From Microbotryum violaceum (lineage: Eukaryota), in the NCBI GenBank assembly GCA_001244265.2, contig LN717261.1, positions 62,001 to 126,000 on the forward strand: DNA of 64,000 nucleotides, given 5' to 3'. Numbering within the stretch: the first letter of the stretch is position 1; the number at the start of each line of letters is the position of its first letter. The notes under the pieces were generated by a model. The model did no database searches. It had not been told where the DNA came from and saw nothing but the letters and a program-made list of their open reading frames with translations. The translations under genes were made by a program, and so were the position numbers. Positions 35,485-47,478 of the stretch are shown here, piece after piece.

Positions 35485-36551
35485 GATGGGCGTGGATCCT
35501 TCTCCCGATCAGACAGACAGCACGAAAACAAACAAGACAAGGCGAATCGGTGCGAGGCGCAAAGGTGTAGATCGCTGCGGTGATGGGAATTCGAGAACGG
35601 GCTGGATCATAAAGTGCGGACGTGGCATTTATTCGCCGACGTTCGTTTCAGGCGCGACGACGATCGCCGGCGTTGAACGTTGAGCTTGGACCTCTTCCCT
35701 GGTCGCCTCTGTCACAGATCGATGACGTGTCCTGTCATAATCGGTACGAAGACGCTGAAATAAATCTAGCGCGTCCCTGAAAGCTTCGAAAGCCCTTTGA
35801 ACCGGAGCAACCTCACGTCTCGTCGGTGAGGGTCTTTTCAAGTATTCGAGCGGCGGCTCGGAGCATTCACTGCACGTCGGCACCTGTTAACCCGTTCCCA
35901 GCATCTGCGTCGACACGAGCGCCGCCGGTCGATTCGGGCTGCTGCGGCGACTCTTCCAATTGCATGCACAGAGGTACCGCGTTCCGTAACTCGTATCTCT
36001 CATCTCTCGAATAACGCTCATACTGTCTCATGTCGCGCGGTGGGGTGTATCTTCGCCTCGTCGGACAAGAACGAGTCGACGCCGGCCAGGGCTCGCAGAC
36101 TCGGACGACAGGGGCGTCATGATTCTCAACATAACCTCCGGCGCGCTTCTTGACATGTGGAGACAGGGCACTGGGAGAAGAACGAAAATAAACGGGCTGG
36201 AAATGGGCACGTAAGTAAATTGCACTTGCTAAATTCCACTTGCTAGGTGTGTATTCCAAGGTGAACATGTAACAAAGAAAGAGACCAAGACCAAACGACG
36301 AGGAAACTTGGCGCGCTTGCGACCGAGGCAACGAAGGAACTTGACGTAGTGACCATGACGATATCTTTCGGCGAAGGGAACTTGACGAGACCGTAACCTG
36401 GATGATGGCGAGATTGAGGGGAAATGCACAAAGAAAAGGGGCCCTCCAACCGAGGACGAAAGAAGGATTCCGATGATAAGATGCTTGATGGATAAATGTA
36501 ATGACGAGTCGTGGGACGACGGCGTCGATGCGATTTTCGTCTTCATGCCGA

Positions 36552-37293
36552 TCAAGTGGAGGACGAGCAGTTCTTGGCAGTGACTCAATGTTCAGGAAGA
36601 AACCAGTCAGCACAACCACATCTGTGATTCTCGACCTCCAGACTCAAAAGCAAGACGTAACTAGAACTCGATAGTTCAAGCCACTCCAGTGGCTACATAT
36701 ATCGCTCTAAGGCATCCCCTTGCACCAGCTCGCCAGTGGTGTACGATTGTAACATGCTGACTCACTGCCTTTTCTGTTACAGTCACTGCATCGTCTGCGT
36801 TTATCGCCTTTGATCCAATTCGTGTTTTTAACGTCTGAGACGCAGGAGAGGGTGGCACGTAGTCAGCACACGGCGTTGGGTTCTGGCGCGAGACTGCGGT
36901 CAGGTTTTTGAGGCCTTAGGCCGAAGTGAGGTCGCGGTACGTTCGGCGCGAACATACACTGGTTCAGACAGCCCGAGTAGTACGAGAACCATTCAGTGTT
37001 GCCACACAGGCAGGATGCGAAGTAGTTGTTGTTGTGATCTATATCCTTCCATAAGTCACAGCAAGCCGGGCGGTCGACTGCAGATTGCGTCTGCGACCCT
37101 CGATGGGGCAGGGGGTCAGTCAGCTATATTTCGGCGAGCAAGGCATCGCAGATGGTCCGAGGACTAGGTTCGAAGCATATGGACTCACTCTGTCATCGGC
37201 TTCGGCCCGACACAAATCGTCGTAAGTCTTGGCGTTGGCTAACGAGTATAGGCATCCCAAACCCACGACGACGGCACAGCGGAGGGAAGGCAT
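36552..37293 (-). CDS. Small secreted Cys-rich protein family 2, copy A (~112 aa)
   Basis: Exons 37293-37189, 37090-36958, 36834-36766, 36583-36552 (last acceptor is GAG, tentative): MPSLRCAVVVGLGCLYSLANAKTYDDLCR...ACCDLW...SCLCGNTEWF..YSGCLNQ...WIKGDKRRRCSDC...NC. Confidence 0.7.
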
Positions 37294-37814
37294 GAAGTAG
37301 AGTATCGGTGATGGTGGATCGAAGGAGAGATGGGCATGAAGCAGGCGAGAGAGCAAACATTGCGTTGGCGCAGTTCGATCTAGTCCGGCCTGGGTTGTGG
37401 CACTCGGGACCCCGTCGGTTCGGACATAGCGGGCCGGGTTCAGGTTGTGGTGCTCGGGATCCCGTCGGAGTCATTTTGGTTGTAGCGGGGTCTGTGGTAC
37501 TCGGGATTCCGTCGGAAGCAGCGGTTGTAGCGGAGTCGTTTCGGTTGAAGCGAGGTCGAGTTCCGGAGTCGTTTCCGTCGAAGCAGGGTCGAGTTCCGAA
37601 GTCGTTCCGAGTTCCGAGCCGGGCGTCGTTTCAATTTCCACTAGTCCGGGCAGGATTAAAACGCCGGTCTCGGCAGAATTCTCAGCGATTAAGCAGTCCC
37701 GTATAAACTCAGTACTTTGGTTACTCGAGGCTTGACTGTCAGCGACGAATCATGTGTATCGCCGAAAAGATACGAGCGCGGAAGTAAAGCCTTCCGGACG
37801 CCGAGAAGTCAGGA

Positions 37815-37984
37815 CCACAATGTAGAGCGAGTGATGAGAAAGCTATCAAGATTAAACAGCCGCGCGGGAAGAAAGCCCCGCGCGCTCCCTAACTTAAACA
37901 GATCAAACTCCAATACCAAAGTGACTAATGACCAAACCCACGCGCATCCGCGCAGATACCACAGGCACAGGCACATATCAAATG
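37815..37984. repeat. 170-bp near-identical repeat, second copy at 47961-48130
   Basis: ccacaatgta...gcgcgggaagaaagccccgcgcg...cacatatcaaatg is present at both loci. Confidence 0.9.
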
Positions 37985-38223
37985 GCCATGTGGCGGGATT
38001 TGACTGGAAGACCGGGCCGGATGCGCGGATGAAGGGCTGAAGGGGAGTGAAAGGAGCGATGCGGCAATGCGACGGGTGCACGTCGAGATAGGGGGTGTTA
38101 GCAAATCATTGACAAGTATGGTATAGCAAAGCGGTCGATCAAAGATGATATGAAATGAAGATGGGACCGAGCTTGAAGACGAGGGAGACGAGTGAGACGA
38201 GAGACGAAAGACGAGAGACGAGA

Positions 38224-38987
38224 GAGCGACCGGAACGGCCGAGAGACAGGGAAGGGAAAGGGGCCCAAACCGAGAAAAGAGACCGAGTACGAAAACGAAA
38301 CGCTGAGACTGGACACTGGAGACGAAGCCGAACGAGACTTGAAGCACACAGAAAAGTGAGAACCAGCTAAGATGCTGTGTTGGATCCTAGAAGTGGTCTA
38401 GCTAAAAACAAGAAGCAAACTCCCCTCAAACGCTCCGACCATTCAAACCGCTGGCTAGGTACCTATCGAAAGCGGTACTGCACTCCTTTAATGACCGATT
38501 CCCCTTCATTTACACAGCCTCTATCGGTAAAACATCGCCCAGAGCGGTATACACTCGGTGTCTGTAAGGTATGCGCCTCTGATGTGCATGAAGTACAATC
38601 TGTCGGTTTTGACCGCTAGGCTAAAAGCAAGTCGTAACTTAAATTCGACAGTTCTAGCTACTCAGAGGCTACTTATGGCGCTGTTCTGTAAGGCATCCCC
38701 TTACAATTTGAGCGGATTTTGGACCGACGGACGGACGGAACGGATGCAGTGAAAGGAGAGGGGCTGGATGAACGATGAAGGCAGTGTCGGGGAGTGAAGG
38801 GGAAAGCCAGCCTGGAAGACTTGACATCTTGCAAGAATTTGCGTTTTGTTCTCACGTAGACCAGTTCACAGGATACAACATAGCGACCGGAACGGCCGAG
38901 AGACAGGGGGGGAGAGCCAAGAAACGAGACTGAGTACAAGAACGAGACCTGGAGATTGGAGACTAGAGACCATGCCGAACGAGACTT
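38224..38987 (+). repeat. Diverged ~110-bp direct repeats (38224-38341 and 38882-38987)
   Basis: agcgaccggaacggccgagagacaggg...gagtac...gccgaacgagactt occurs twice. Confidence 0.7.
38563..38705. repeat. ~143-bp TGTAAGG...CCTTACA element (solo-LTR-like)
   Basis: 7-bp terminal inverted repeat with TG...CA ends; homologous to 18283-18421. No TSD seen. Confidence 0.55.
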
Positions 38988-39132
38988 AACCTGTCATTCC
39001 CCTTCACCGCCTCATCCGCTCGCTCTTCCCGTTTCTCCTCCGTCCGGCCCGGTCCTCCGTGTGCATTTCCGCGACATGCTTTGTCGTTGGTAGTTGATGC
39101 TCGAGCCATCAAAGTACTGAGTTTACCCGAAA

Positions 39133-39214
39133 CCAGTGTTGACCCTACGGCCTACCCGAACCGGTGTTGACCCTACTGGAACCGGTGTTGACCCTACTGG
39201 AACCGGTGTTGACC
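39133..39214 (+). repeat. 21-bp tandem repeat within a TE-terminal-like repeat block
   Basis: gaaccggtgttgaccctactg repeated about 3-4 times. Confidence 0.85.
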
Positions 39215-41526
39215 TTGACAATTTGAGAGCTGACTCCGGCCCCGCTACAACCGAAATGACTCCTGAACTCGGCCCCGCTATGTACAACCGCTGTTTCCTT
39301 GCCAATTTGAAAGGACGATTCCGATGGGATCCCGAGTACGTACCACAACTCCCCCCACACAGAGAGGCCGTCCCGACCAACAAGACGTGCCGAACAAGGA
39401 GACAGGGGCATCTGGGCCGAATTGAGAACAACCCATCGCTCCATCGAATCGTGCATCTTCACTTCCTCGCATCCCCTTGAAACCCTAAAATCACGATCCT
39501 CTCCGGGTCAATCACCGTCATGTCGTCCTCGGTCAACCTGACCCCAACCTTTTTGTACGCGGTCACCACCCTCAGTTCCTCTCCTTCCTCGAGCTCTCAA
39601 TCCTCATCTTTCCTTCCCACCGTCATGGCCGTCCAGGACACCTTGAAGACCCACCCCTCTGACTCATCCGGTCCGCACATGAGCATTTCGAATCATCATA
39701 AGTCTTGCAACATACATGGTATCATATTCTTGTTGCAGGTTCAACCTAGAATTACTCATATGTTTGTCCTGCGACATCGAAATGATACGATTTCGTTATG
39801 TATTGACCTATAATCAAGTATCCGCCCGCACCTGTGCGGAAATTCGGAGGGAAGGGGAGGAAGGGGACCAAGGTCGAGGAACCTAGTGGACTCGGAACAA
39901 AATCTTTGTCTGGGGAGAGGGTCGAATCAGGAGCCGAGGAGGGAGGAGGAGACCAAGGAGGAAGGAACGGGGGAAACGAAAAAGAGGGAGGAATGGGGGA
40001 AACGAAGAAGAGGGAGAAATCGGAGGAACCGGCGGACGCGGTCAAAACACCCTAAATGGCGACGAAAACAGACGCCTTGGACCGGGGGCATGGATGGGCT
40101 TCGATCTATACCACTTCAAGTTGCCGAAGGCCTACGACTCCAAGGACAGGTCAACGAGGGCGCTCGTTCCTCGGACTGGCTGCGGGATGCTCGAGAGGCG
40201 AAAGAAGAGGAGTCGCAGATTTCATGTGCGGACCGCAGCCTCATGTGCGCAAAAGTCACCGACATATCCGCACACGGCGGTCTGCAGTCCACACTTGGCC
40301 CATCAAATGCGGACCTATCCGGCCACATTCCGATCCGCCTGAAGATCTTGAGACGTTGCAGAGATAAGACATATTTACTTCACTGTTGGAATTGTGTTGT
40401 ATAGCGACTTTTCTGACCAGAATTTTGAGTTGAAGGGAATCATGAACATGTCTCTAAAGTTGTATCATTAGCAGAAGTGCCCATTACAACAAAAATGGCT
40501 TAGAAGATCACAACGCTGCAAAGTTGCGACAGACCTGTTACGCTTAGTGGTTTTTAGCATTGCTACACCAAAGGCTCTCTAACTCACCGATTTGAAGCCC
40601 TCGAACAAGACGGAAGCGTCTTGCATCTTCCAGACCCCTTTTCCCTCATCAAAGAACCCCGTCCAGAGGCATTGTCGACATTTTGGATGGAAGGTCGGTG
40701 AGAGCCTCGGAGTCGAAGTAGAGCCCCATAGCTCGTGCCATTGCTGGTCCAGCAGCGCATTGAACGAAGGTAGCAAGTCATATGATTCGTGTTCTAGCTC
40801 GTAGAACAACATAGTCACCAATCCGTTGGTGGTCCTGTTGCCGGTTGGATAAGCGAGATGACCGCGCAATGCGTCGAAATGGTAGCGAGCGGCGTCTTCC
40901 CCTTAACCGACGATTGCATCCGTAGCGAAATGCTCACCGCTGAGCATGTGGCGCACCTCTGAACGAAGAGACTAGACGAGCTCCACTATAATCGGATTCG
41001 CCTGTACAACACATGTACCATCACCAACGACTCATCCATCTTTTCCCGATTCCTTGTGTATAATCTTCAATCTTCCTTTCATTCGTCTCTGGGAGGGAGC
41101 AACCGTGGGTGGGGGGGACTTGAACTCGGATGTATCGGGTTGGTCTGTTCTGCTAGTTACAACGCATCAAGCGGCGGTTGTGGTCATCATCGTGCATACT
41201 GGGTAGCATCTCCTTTAGTTCCGTAGGGGGTTTTCTCGTCTTGCAAATTAGCGATGAGTTTCATACAAAAAAAAAAACCCCCATTTGGCCCGAAACAGCC
41301 AAGCGAAGCTCACGCGGGGGTTGCTCGTGGCGAGCATACTGGTTGTTGATGTTGAATACAAGCACACGAGGAAGCGCGGTGAGCGATCTGCGTGTAAGAC
41401 CGTCTGATACAGTCGCTCTTGTGATAACGACGCCCAGTATTTTGTTTCTCTACGTCCGCCATTGCTGGTTGCCCAACAAGTGAGCCGAATACCTCAGACA
41501 GAGTTGGCTCGCTAAGGTTTCGACTC

Positions 41527-41702
41527 TGTTGCTGAAAGCCACCCTGGTCGCCTTAACCAGTACACCAAAAGTGAAGGCACCTTCATGTGATTCACGCTAG
41601 AATCAGTGGGAGTGTTGAAAGAGGATTCCACGCATGCATCCCTTGAAGGTTCCTTCACTTTTGGTGTACTGGTTAAGGCGACCAGGATGGTTTTCAGCAA
41701 CA
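41527..41702. mobile_element. 176-bp MITE, TGTTG...CAACA termini, ~60-bp TIR, 5-bp TSD GACTC
   Basis: gactc|tgttgctgaaagccaccctggtcgccttaaccagtacaccaaaagtgaagg... ...ccttcacttttggtgtactggttaaggcgaccaggatggttttcagcaaca|gactc. Confidence 0.9.
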
Positions 41703-42379
41703 GACTCGATGAGAGGACGGGCCAGTCGACGATGAAGTGTCGTCTTCGCAAGATCTCAATTTGTACGCATTGACAAGCCGAGCAATAACCGGCTCGCTGA
41801 AAGTGGGTTTCGATCTGAACTCGGGCCGTAAAGATGTAAAGCGACACGAGCCAGCTCTGCGGGGGACAAGAGTGCCACAGAAATGTTCTCAAGTGGAAAC
41901 TGATGATGACCACGACTCAATCCAATGAACAGGGACAAGAACAGAGTGGCCAGAGACTAAGAGACAGACTCGCGGAAGGCTAGAAAGTGAAGCGTAAAGC
42001 TAATAAGGAAAGAGAATAGAGACTAGTAGAGTATAGAGATTGAGTGACTAAGGAGTGAATGACACGCGCTAGGCTCAATCCCAAGTACCATAATAGGAAT
42101 GATAATCAGATGAAGGACGGAACAACCCATATGACCATATACGAATGACAGGATGGGTCCGCACTGAGCCAAGTGCGGACCGCCGCCATGTGCGGACACT
42201 TGACCAACACATGTCCGCACATGAGGCTGCGGTCCGCTCATGAAATCTGCGGTCCGCACATGAGAATTTGAAGTCATCATAAGTCTTGCAGCACATATCG
42301 TATCATGTTCTTCTTGCAGGATCAACCTAAAAAGACTTATATATTTTTCCGACCACATCGAAAAGATACGATATCGTCA

Positions 42380-43990
42380 TGTTCTACAACCTCCGACGAG
42401 GCGACGTACATCCAGGCGATGGCCGGCGAGAATCGCGAGGCTTGGTCCGTTTCCCTCATGACCGAGTATTCGATTCCCAATGGCATGAACACATGGGACA
42501 AGGAGCCCACCGAGCCGCCACCAGGGAGTTCGAGCAATCCCAAACGAAGGTCGTCCTCATCTGCAAGTGGAATGACAAAGGTGACCTCCTCAAGTACAAG
42601 GCAAGGATCATCGCACGGGGGGATCTCCAAAACCATCATGGGGAAACATTCTCACCGACAGCTCGAATCGCCTCCATCCGGATGATCAACGTCATAGCTC
42701 ACGCCAAAGGATATCGTCGGCTTCAGTTCGATGTCAACAGCGCATACCTTCACGGCCACATCACCGAACCACTATGGATCAAGCTGCCGGACGGTTCCAC
42801 CCATCGACTGAGCAAATCCCTGTATGGCCTCAAGCAGTCGGGTCGTGAGTGGAACAAGGTCTTGCATGCTGCGCTCGTCGATCGCGGCTTCAAGCGAATG
42901 GAGGAGGATTTTGGGGTCTACCGAAGGGTTCGCAATATCGGGGGCGTCGATCGCACGCCTCTCTTGGCCATCTACGTCGACGACGGTCTCCTCGCCGGTG
43001 ACGACGACCTCGAAGGGTTCCTCAGCGAGTTCGATCAACAGTTCAAGCTCAAGCGAGGCGAGTTCGAGTTGTTCCTGGGGATGAAGATCGCCACCGATGA
43101 CGCATCGGGGATCATGACCATTGACCAGTGCCACCAGATCGAGACCATCCAGAAAAATCACGGGTTGGCGAACGCTTCCGCTGTGGCAACTCCAACCTCC
43201 GACAGCAATCAGCACTCAGGTAGAGGGACTCTCATCTCAAGCTCAACTATCGCCAGGTCGTTGGTAAGCTACTTTGAGTTCAGGATGCACAAGGCCCGAT
43301 ATTTCCAATGCGGTCACCCAACTGTCAAGACACTGCGCCGATCCGAAACCGGAACACTTTAGGCAAATGCGGCGAGTTCTTCGCTATCTGCGCGGCACAA
43401 TTAATCGCCGACTCGAATACAATCGGCACTTGGGAATCGATGTGACCTTGTACTGCGACTCGGATTATACAGCGGAGAAGTTGGGGCGTCGATCGATTTC
43501 GGGCTACACAGTCATCATGGCCGGGTCGGCGATTACATGGGCGTCTAAGCGCCAAGTATCGGTCGCCACCTCTTCCGTCCAAGCCGAGTATCAAGCTCTC
43601 TCGGCTGCTGCCCGGAAGACACTGTTCATTCGCTCTCTGCTTTTCTGGCTCGGGGTCCCTCCATCTTCTCCCACCATCATTCATGGAGATTCAACGGGAG
43701 CAATTGCTTTGGCCGACCACCCGACCTCACACGCGACCACCAAGCATATTGCAACACACTACCACTTCACTCGAAAGCTTGTCTCGAATGGCATCCTTGA
43801 GCTCCGATGGATCGGGACTAAGGAAATGGTCGCACACGGATTCACCAAGGGGCTCTCACGCATGCCACACGAGTCGTTCGTTCGGATGCTTGGAATGGTG
43901 AACGCTCCTCGCTAGGGGGCGTGTTGGAAGGGACTGCGCGAGCAGTAATGGCTAGGAGCGTTGTTGGGGTTTTGGGTAGTCTTAGCCATT
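42380..43990 (+). mobile_element. Ty1/copia LTR retrotransposon relic (RT-RNase H, frameshifted, 5' truncated)
   Basis: ATYIQAM..W..E, YKARIIARG, QFDVNSAYLHG, LSKSLYGLKQSGREWN, YVDD, TRPDI, YCDSDY..RRSISGY, TKHI..YHF. Frameshifts at ~42525 and ~43250. Purine tract agggggcg followed by TGTTGG (LTR start, 43922). Confidence 0.92.
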
Positions 43991-45189
43991 TTGACCAGGG
44001 AGGCGCGGACTGCGTCAGCGGCGGTGCGGAGTCCTCTTGATTGGCTCCTCACCAATCATTGACTTTGCTATCGACCGTTGACTGAAGTTTGTGTTCTCGT
44101 CTCCCTGACCAAAGATCGCCTCGCACCGAAATTTAATCGAACGAAGCCGTCGAACTGTCCGTTGTAAGCATCTCGGACAGGCGAGTGTTTCTCCGCGCCC
44201 TCGCACACGAGCCCCTGTGGCCCGTCATCCGCACCGCGTACTTTCTCGAAGTATTGCCAGTGATCTGGCCCTACGTTATTCAAAACCGTCGTTCTAGGAC
44301 CAGTCAATATGAACGCACGTCAAGCCCGCGACTGGCAGGACGTCAAGTCCCAGTTTCTGGACAACTTCGCTGACGCCGTCGCAGATTCAAGCCATATTTC
44401 GGCGCAGTCGGACCGCGCCATGTCGCACTTCCTGGCCACCATTCCGTCCCTGCTGGCTCACGACATACACGCACGTCTGCTTCAAGTCGATCGCTACCTG
44501 GCGATGCCCGCGACGACGCCTCCCATCTCCCGCGTCGTCGCGATCGGTTTCCAAAAGAATCACCCATCGACACCGGCTCCCAAGCCCGTTTCTTCACCGG
44601 CAAGAGGCCGAAGACGATAACGACATCACGGTCTTCACTTGACCAGGAATGCAAGCTTAAGTCGGAGGGGCGACTGTTACGATCACCCGTCAATACTTCG
44701 AATCGGTTCCATTCTCTTCCACGTTCTCTTTCAATTTGAACACATCGTCGCGCTTCTTGGCCGTTCCATCGGCGTCCGTCGGCTTCCATTCCTCAACGAT
44801 GGATCTCGAGCTTCGGGCTCATTCTCTTGCTTTCATTCTGTTTTGCTTCTATTCGCTTCTACTTCCTTCTACACACGTTCTCCATTCTTTTGAGATAGTT
44901 CCATAACCTTCGATAACCTTCCACGGGTTTTACTATAAAAACCGGCTCATTTGTAAACGTTCCTTTGCTTCCTGCAAGCAACAACATCGTCCTTGATCTC
45001 ATAGTCCCTAGTCCCAATCTGTTCCAATCCATCTCGAGAGCCACACCACCTTGACTCACTCAGCTTCCGTTGCTTCATGGTCCTAACCTGATCCCACACT
45101 CGAGACTCCCTCGCACCTCGTCTTTTCCTCGTCCACACCGACTAGCCCCGCCTAGAAGGTCTCCCTAGCCGCGAGGACCGTTCTACGCA

Positions 45190-45640
45190 GCTTGGTGGCG
45201 ATTGTGTGTTTGCCGAGATAGAGTTGAGCCTGCTCGAGAAACGCGGGCAAGTCCGAGAGGAACCGCGGGGCGCTTATCGTTGGCGAGCTCGATGTAGGCT
45301 TAGAAGACCTTGTAGGCACTGCTGCGGAGGAGTGAAATCATGAAAGAAATTTTCGCCTCATCCGTAGTGAAGAGAGTTGGGTTGCCATAGATGTAGAACT
45401 TGCGCTGAGATACGAACGTAGAGTAAGCGGGCTTGTCCTTGCCGTCGTAGGCAGGCGGCTTTTCCAAGGGAGACTTGGGCTTGGGTGTGTGTTCGAGGGC
45501 GGCGGTAAGCCTCTCGACGACGTTGAAGTTGTCGGCAAGCGTGTCGTACTAGTCCTGCTCGCGTTCGGAACCGGTGGCACGGAGGTTGCCGATCTCCGTA
45601 TGGCGTTCGGCGCACGCGGCCTCAGGGAGACTCGACGGTG
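45190..45640 (-). mobile_element. Ty3/gypsy Gag capsid-like relic
   Basis: Frame reads [59 protein letters not shown], fitting the PxxF/YDG...FxTDxxKI gag pattern, with an internal stop. Confidence 0.65.
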
Positions 45641-46693
45641 CAGTGACGGGTCTCAGGAGCGGTTCCAAGCTTTACCACTAGCCTACACTGACCTAAAAAA
45701 GAAACAATATCCACTCGGAAGGAGGCGAGAGTTTGGTACTATGTAGCTCCAACCCCAAGTGAAGCAAGCTAAGAATTGCCGGATTACTGGTCCATGACAA
45801 CGGGCCTGGAGGAAAGTCGGTAGGGAAATATATCATCTGGTATGCTTCTAAAGGCTGACTTGCATACACGCCCTCGTGAGCCTGAGCCCCAGCCGCGAAG
45901 GGCCGGCGACAAACGCTGCTCGAGCTAGCTTCAAAGACCCCTCCACGGCCCACGGCGGGTGCCTCAGTTGGCACCGATGACGTGTCCCGGGCCTGCACAA
46001 AGTTCGTGCGAGGACTTTCGAAAGGAACCTAGCGGCTCCCTCAATGCCTCAAAACCCCTCTCGGCCGAGGTAACTTCACGTCTCGTCGGTCCGTCTTCGT
46101 AAGAACTCGAGCGGCGTCTCGGAGCAGTCTTCCGCTGAGGTGCGTGTTCCCGGCCGCTGCGTCGACACCGCGGGATCAGCTTCAAGATTCCGGCTTCTAC
46201 GACGACTCTTCCGATGGCATGTACACACGAAGCACCTTCGTATCTCGTATCTCTTATCCTCTCAAATTGGGCTCATTTCATATCATGGTACGCGGAGAGA
46301 TATCTTCTCGTCTCGTTGGACAAGAACTCGATGCCGGCCAGGGCTCGAAGACTCGGACGACAGGGGCGTCATGACTCTCAACACGAACCCAAGGGCGCGT
46401 CTCGAAATGTGGAGACAAAGAGTACAGGGAAAAGAACGAAAATGAGCGGGCTGGAAATGGGAACGTACGTAAATTGCACTTGCTAGATGTGTACCCTGAT
46501 CAAGGTGCACGTATAACAAAGAAACGAAGAGTAAACGACGAGGAAACTCGACGGGCTTGCGACCGAGGCCACGTAGGGACTTGACAAAGGGCCTTGGCGA
46601 AGAGGACGAGACGGTAACTTTATGATGGCGAGATTGAAGGGAAAGGCATAAATGGGCGGCTCGAGTCGAGGACGGAAAGAGGATTTGGTGGAT

Positions 46694-47478
46694 TTATGTG
46701 ATGACAACTCGTGGGACGACGTTGCTGATGCGATCTTCGTTTCCTTGTTGAGTACAGTTAACCGTTTCTAATAAATGTTCAAAAAAAGCCACAAAAAAAA
46801 AGGGTCAGCACTGGTGGTCAGCATTGGTATATCCAGGATAAGAGCAGCCGGCCAGTCCTGTACAAGAACCATACTGCTGACTCACGTATACCGTCCTTGT
46901 CGCAGCCGTCACATCGTCGCCGTTTGTCATTCAAAATCCAATCACGGTTTGTAGTCTCTGAGACGCAGGAAGAGAATGGCCCGTCGTCAGCACACGGCGT
47001 TGGATTTTGAAGTATGAATCGGATCTGGCGTTCGGGACCACACCCGCCGCTCGGACGTTCGGCGCGAACGTACTCCTTTTCAGGCATTTTAAGTAGCTAT
47101 CGAACCAATCAGCATTACCGCACAGGCAATGATTGTAGTAGTCGCCATAAACAGTTTTCGTTTTAAGCGCCGTTGTCTTCCAGCGAGCAAGGCATGAGTC
47201 GGGTGCGGCGGCTCTCTGCAACCCTCGATAAGGCAGGGGGTCAGTAAGCTGTGTTCCGGTGGGCAAGGCATCGCAGATGGTTCGGGGACTATATTTAAGA
47301 CATATAGATTTAAGACATATAGATTTAAGACATACAGATGTAAGACATATGGACTCACTTTCTTGTCCGCCTCACCCCTACACAAATCGTCAAAAGACAC
47401 GGTGGCGTTGGCTAACGAGTATAGCAATATCAAACCCACGGCAAGGGCATAACGGAAGGAAAAGACGAGGAAGAGCAT
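46694..47478 (-). CDS. Small secreted Cys-rich protein family 2, copy B (135 aa, 8 Cys)
   Basis: Exons 47478-47359, 47215-47074, 46957-46886, 46767-46694 (408 nt, in frame): MLFLVFSFRYALAVGLILLYSLANATVSFDDLCR...SCLARW...HCLCGNADWF..YLKCL...DWILNDKRRRCDGC...NCTQQ...VIT*. Intron 1 contains 15-bp repeats (47290-47350). Confidence 0.85.

Noticed and set aside
35867-36619. 250-aa ORF downstream of family-2 copy A
   Set aside because: Non-ATG start, and the homologous regions in copies B and C are interrupted or in different frames.
40579-40869. 96-aa ORF inside the TE graveyard
   Set aside because: No recognisable domain or start context.
44309-44620. Gag-like WQDVKSQFLDNF segment
   Set aside because: A single short motif, insufficient to call. 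Probably TE debris.
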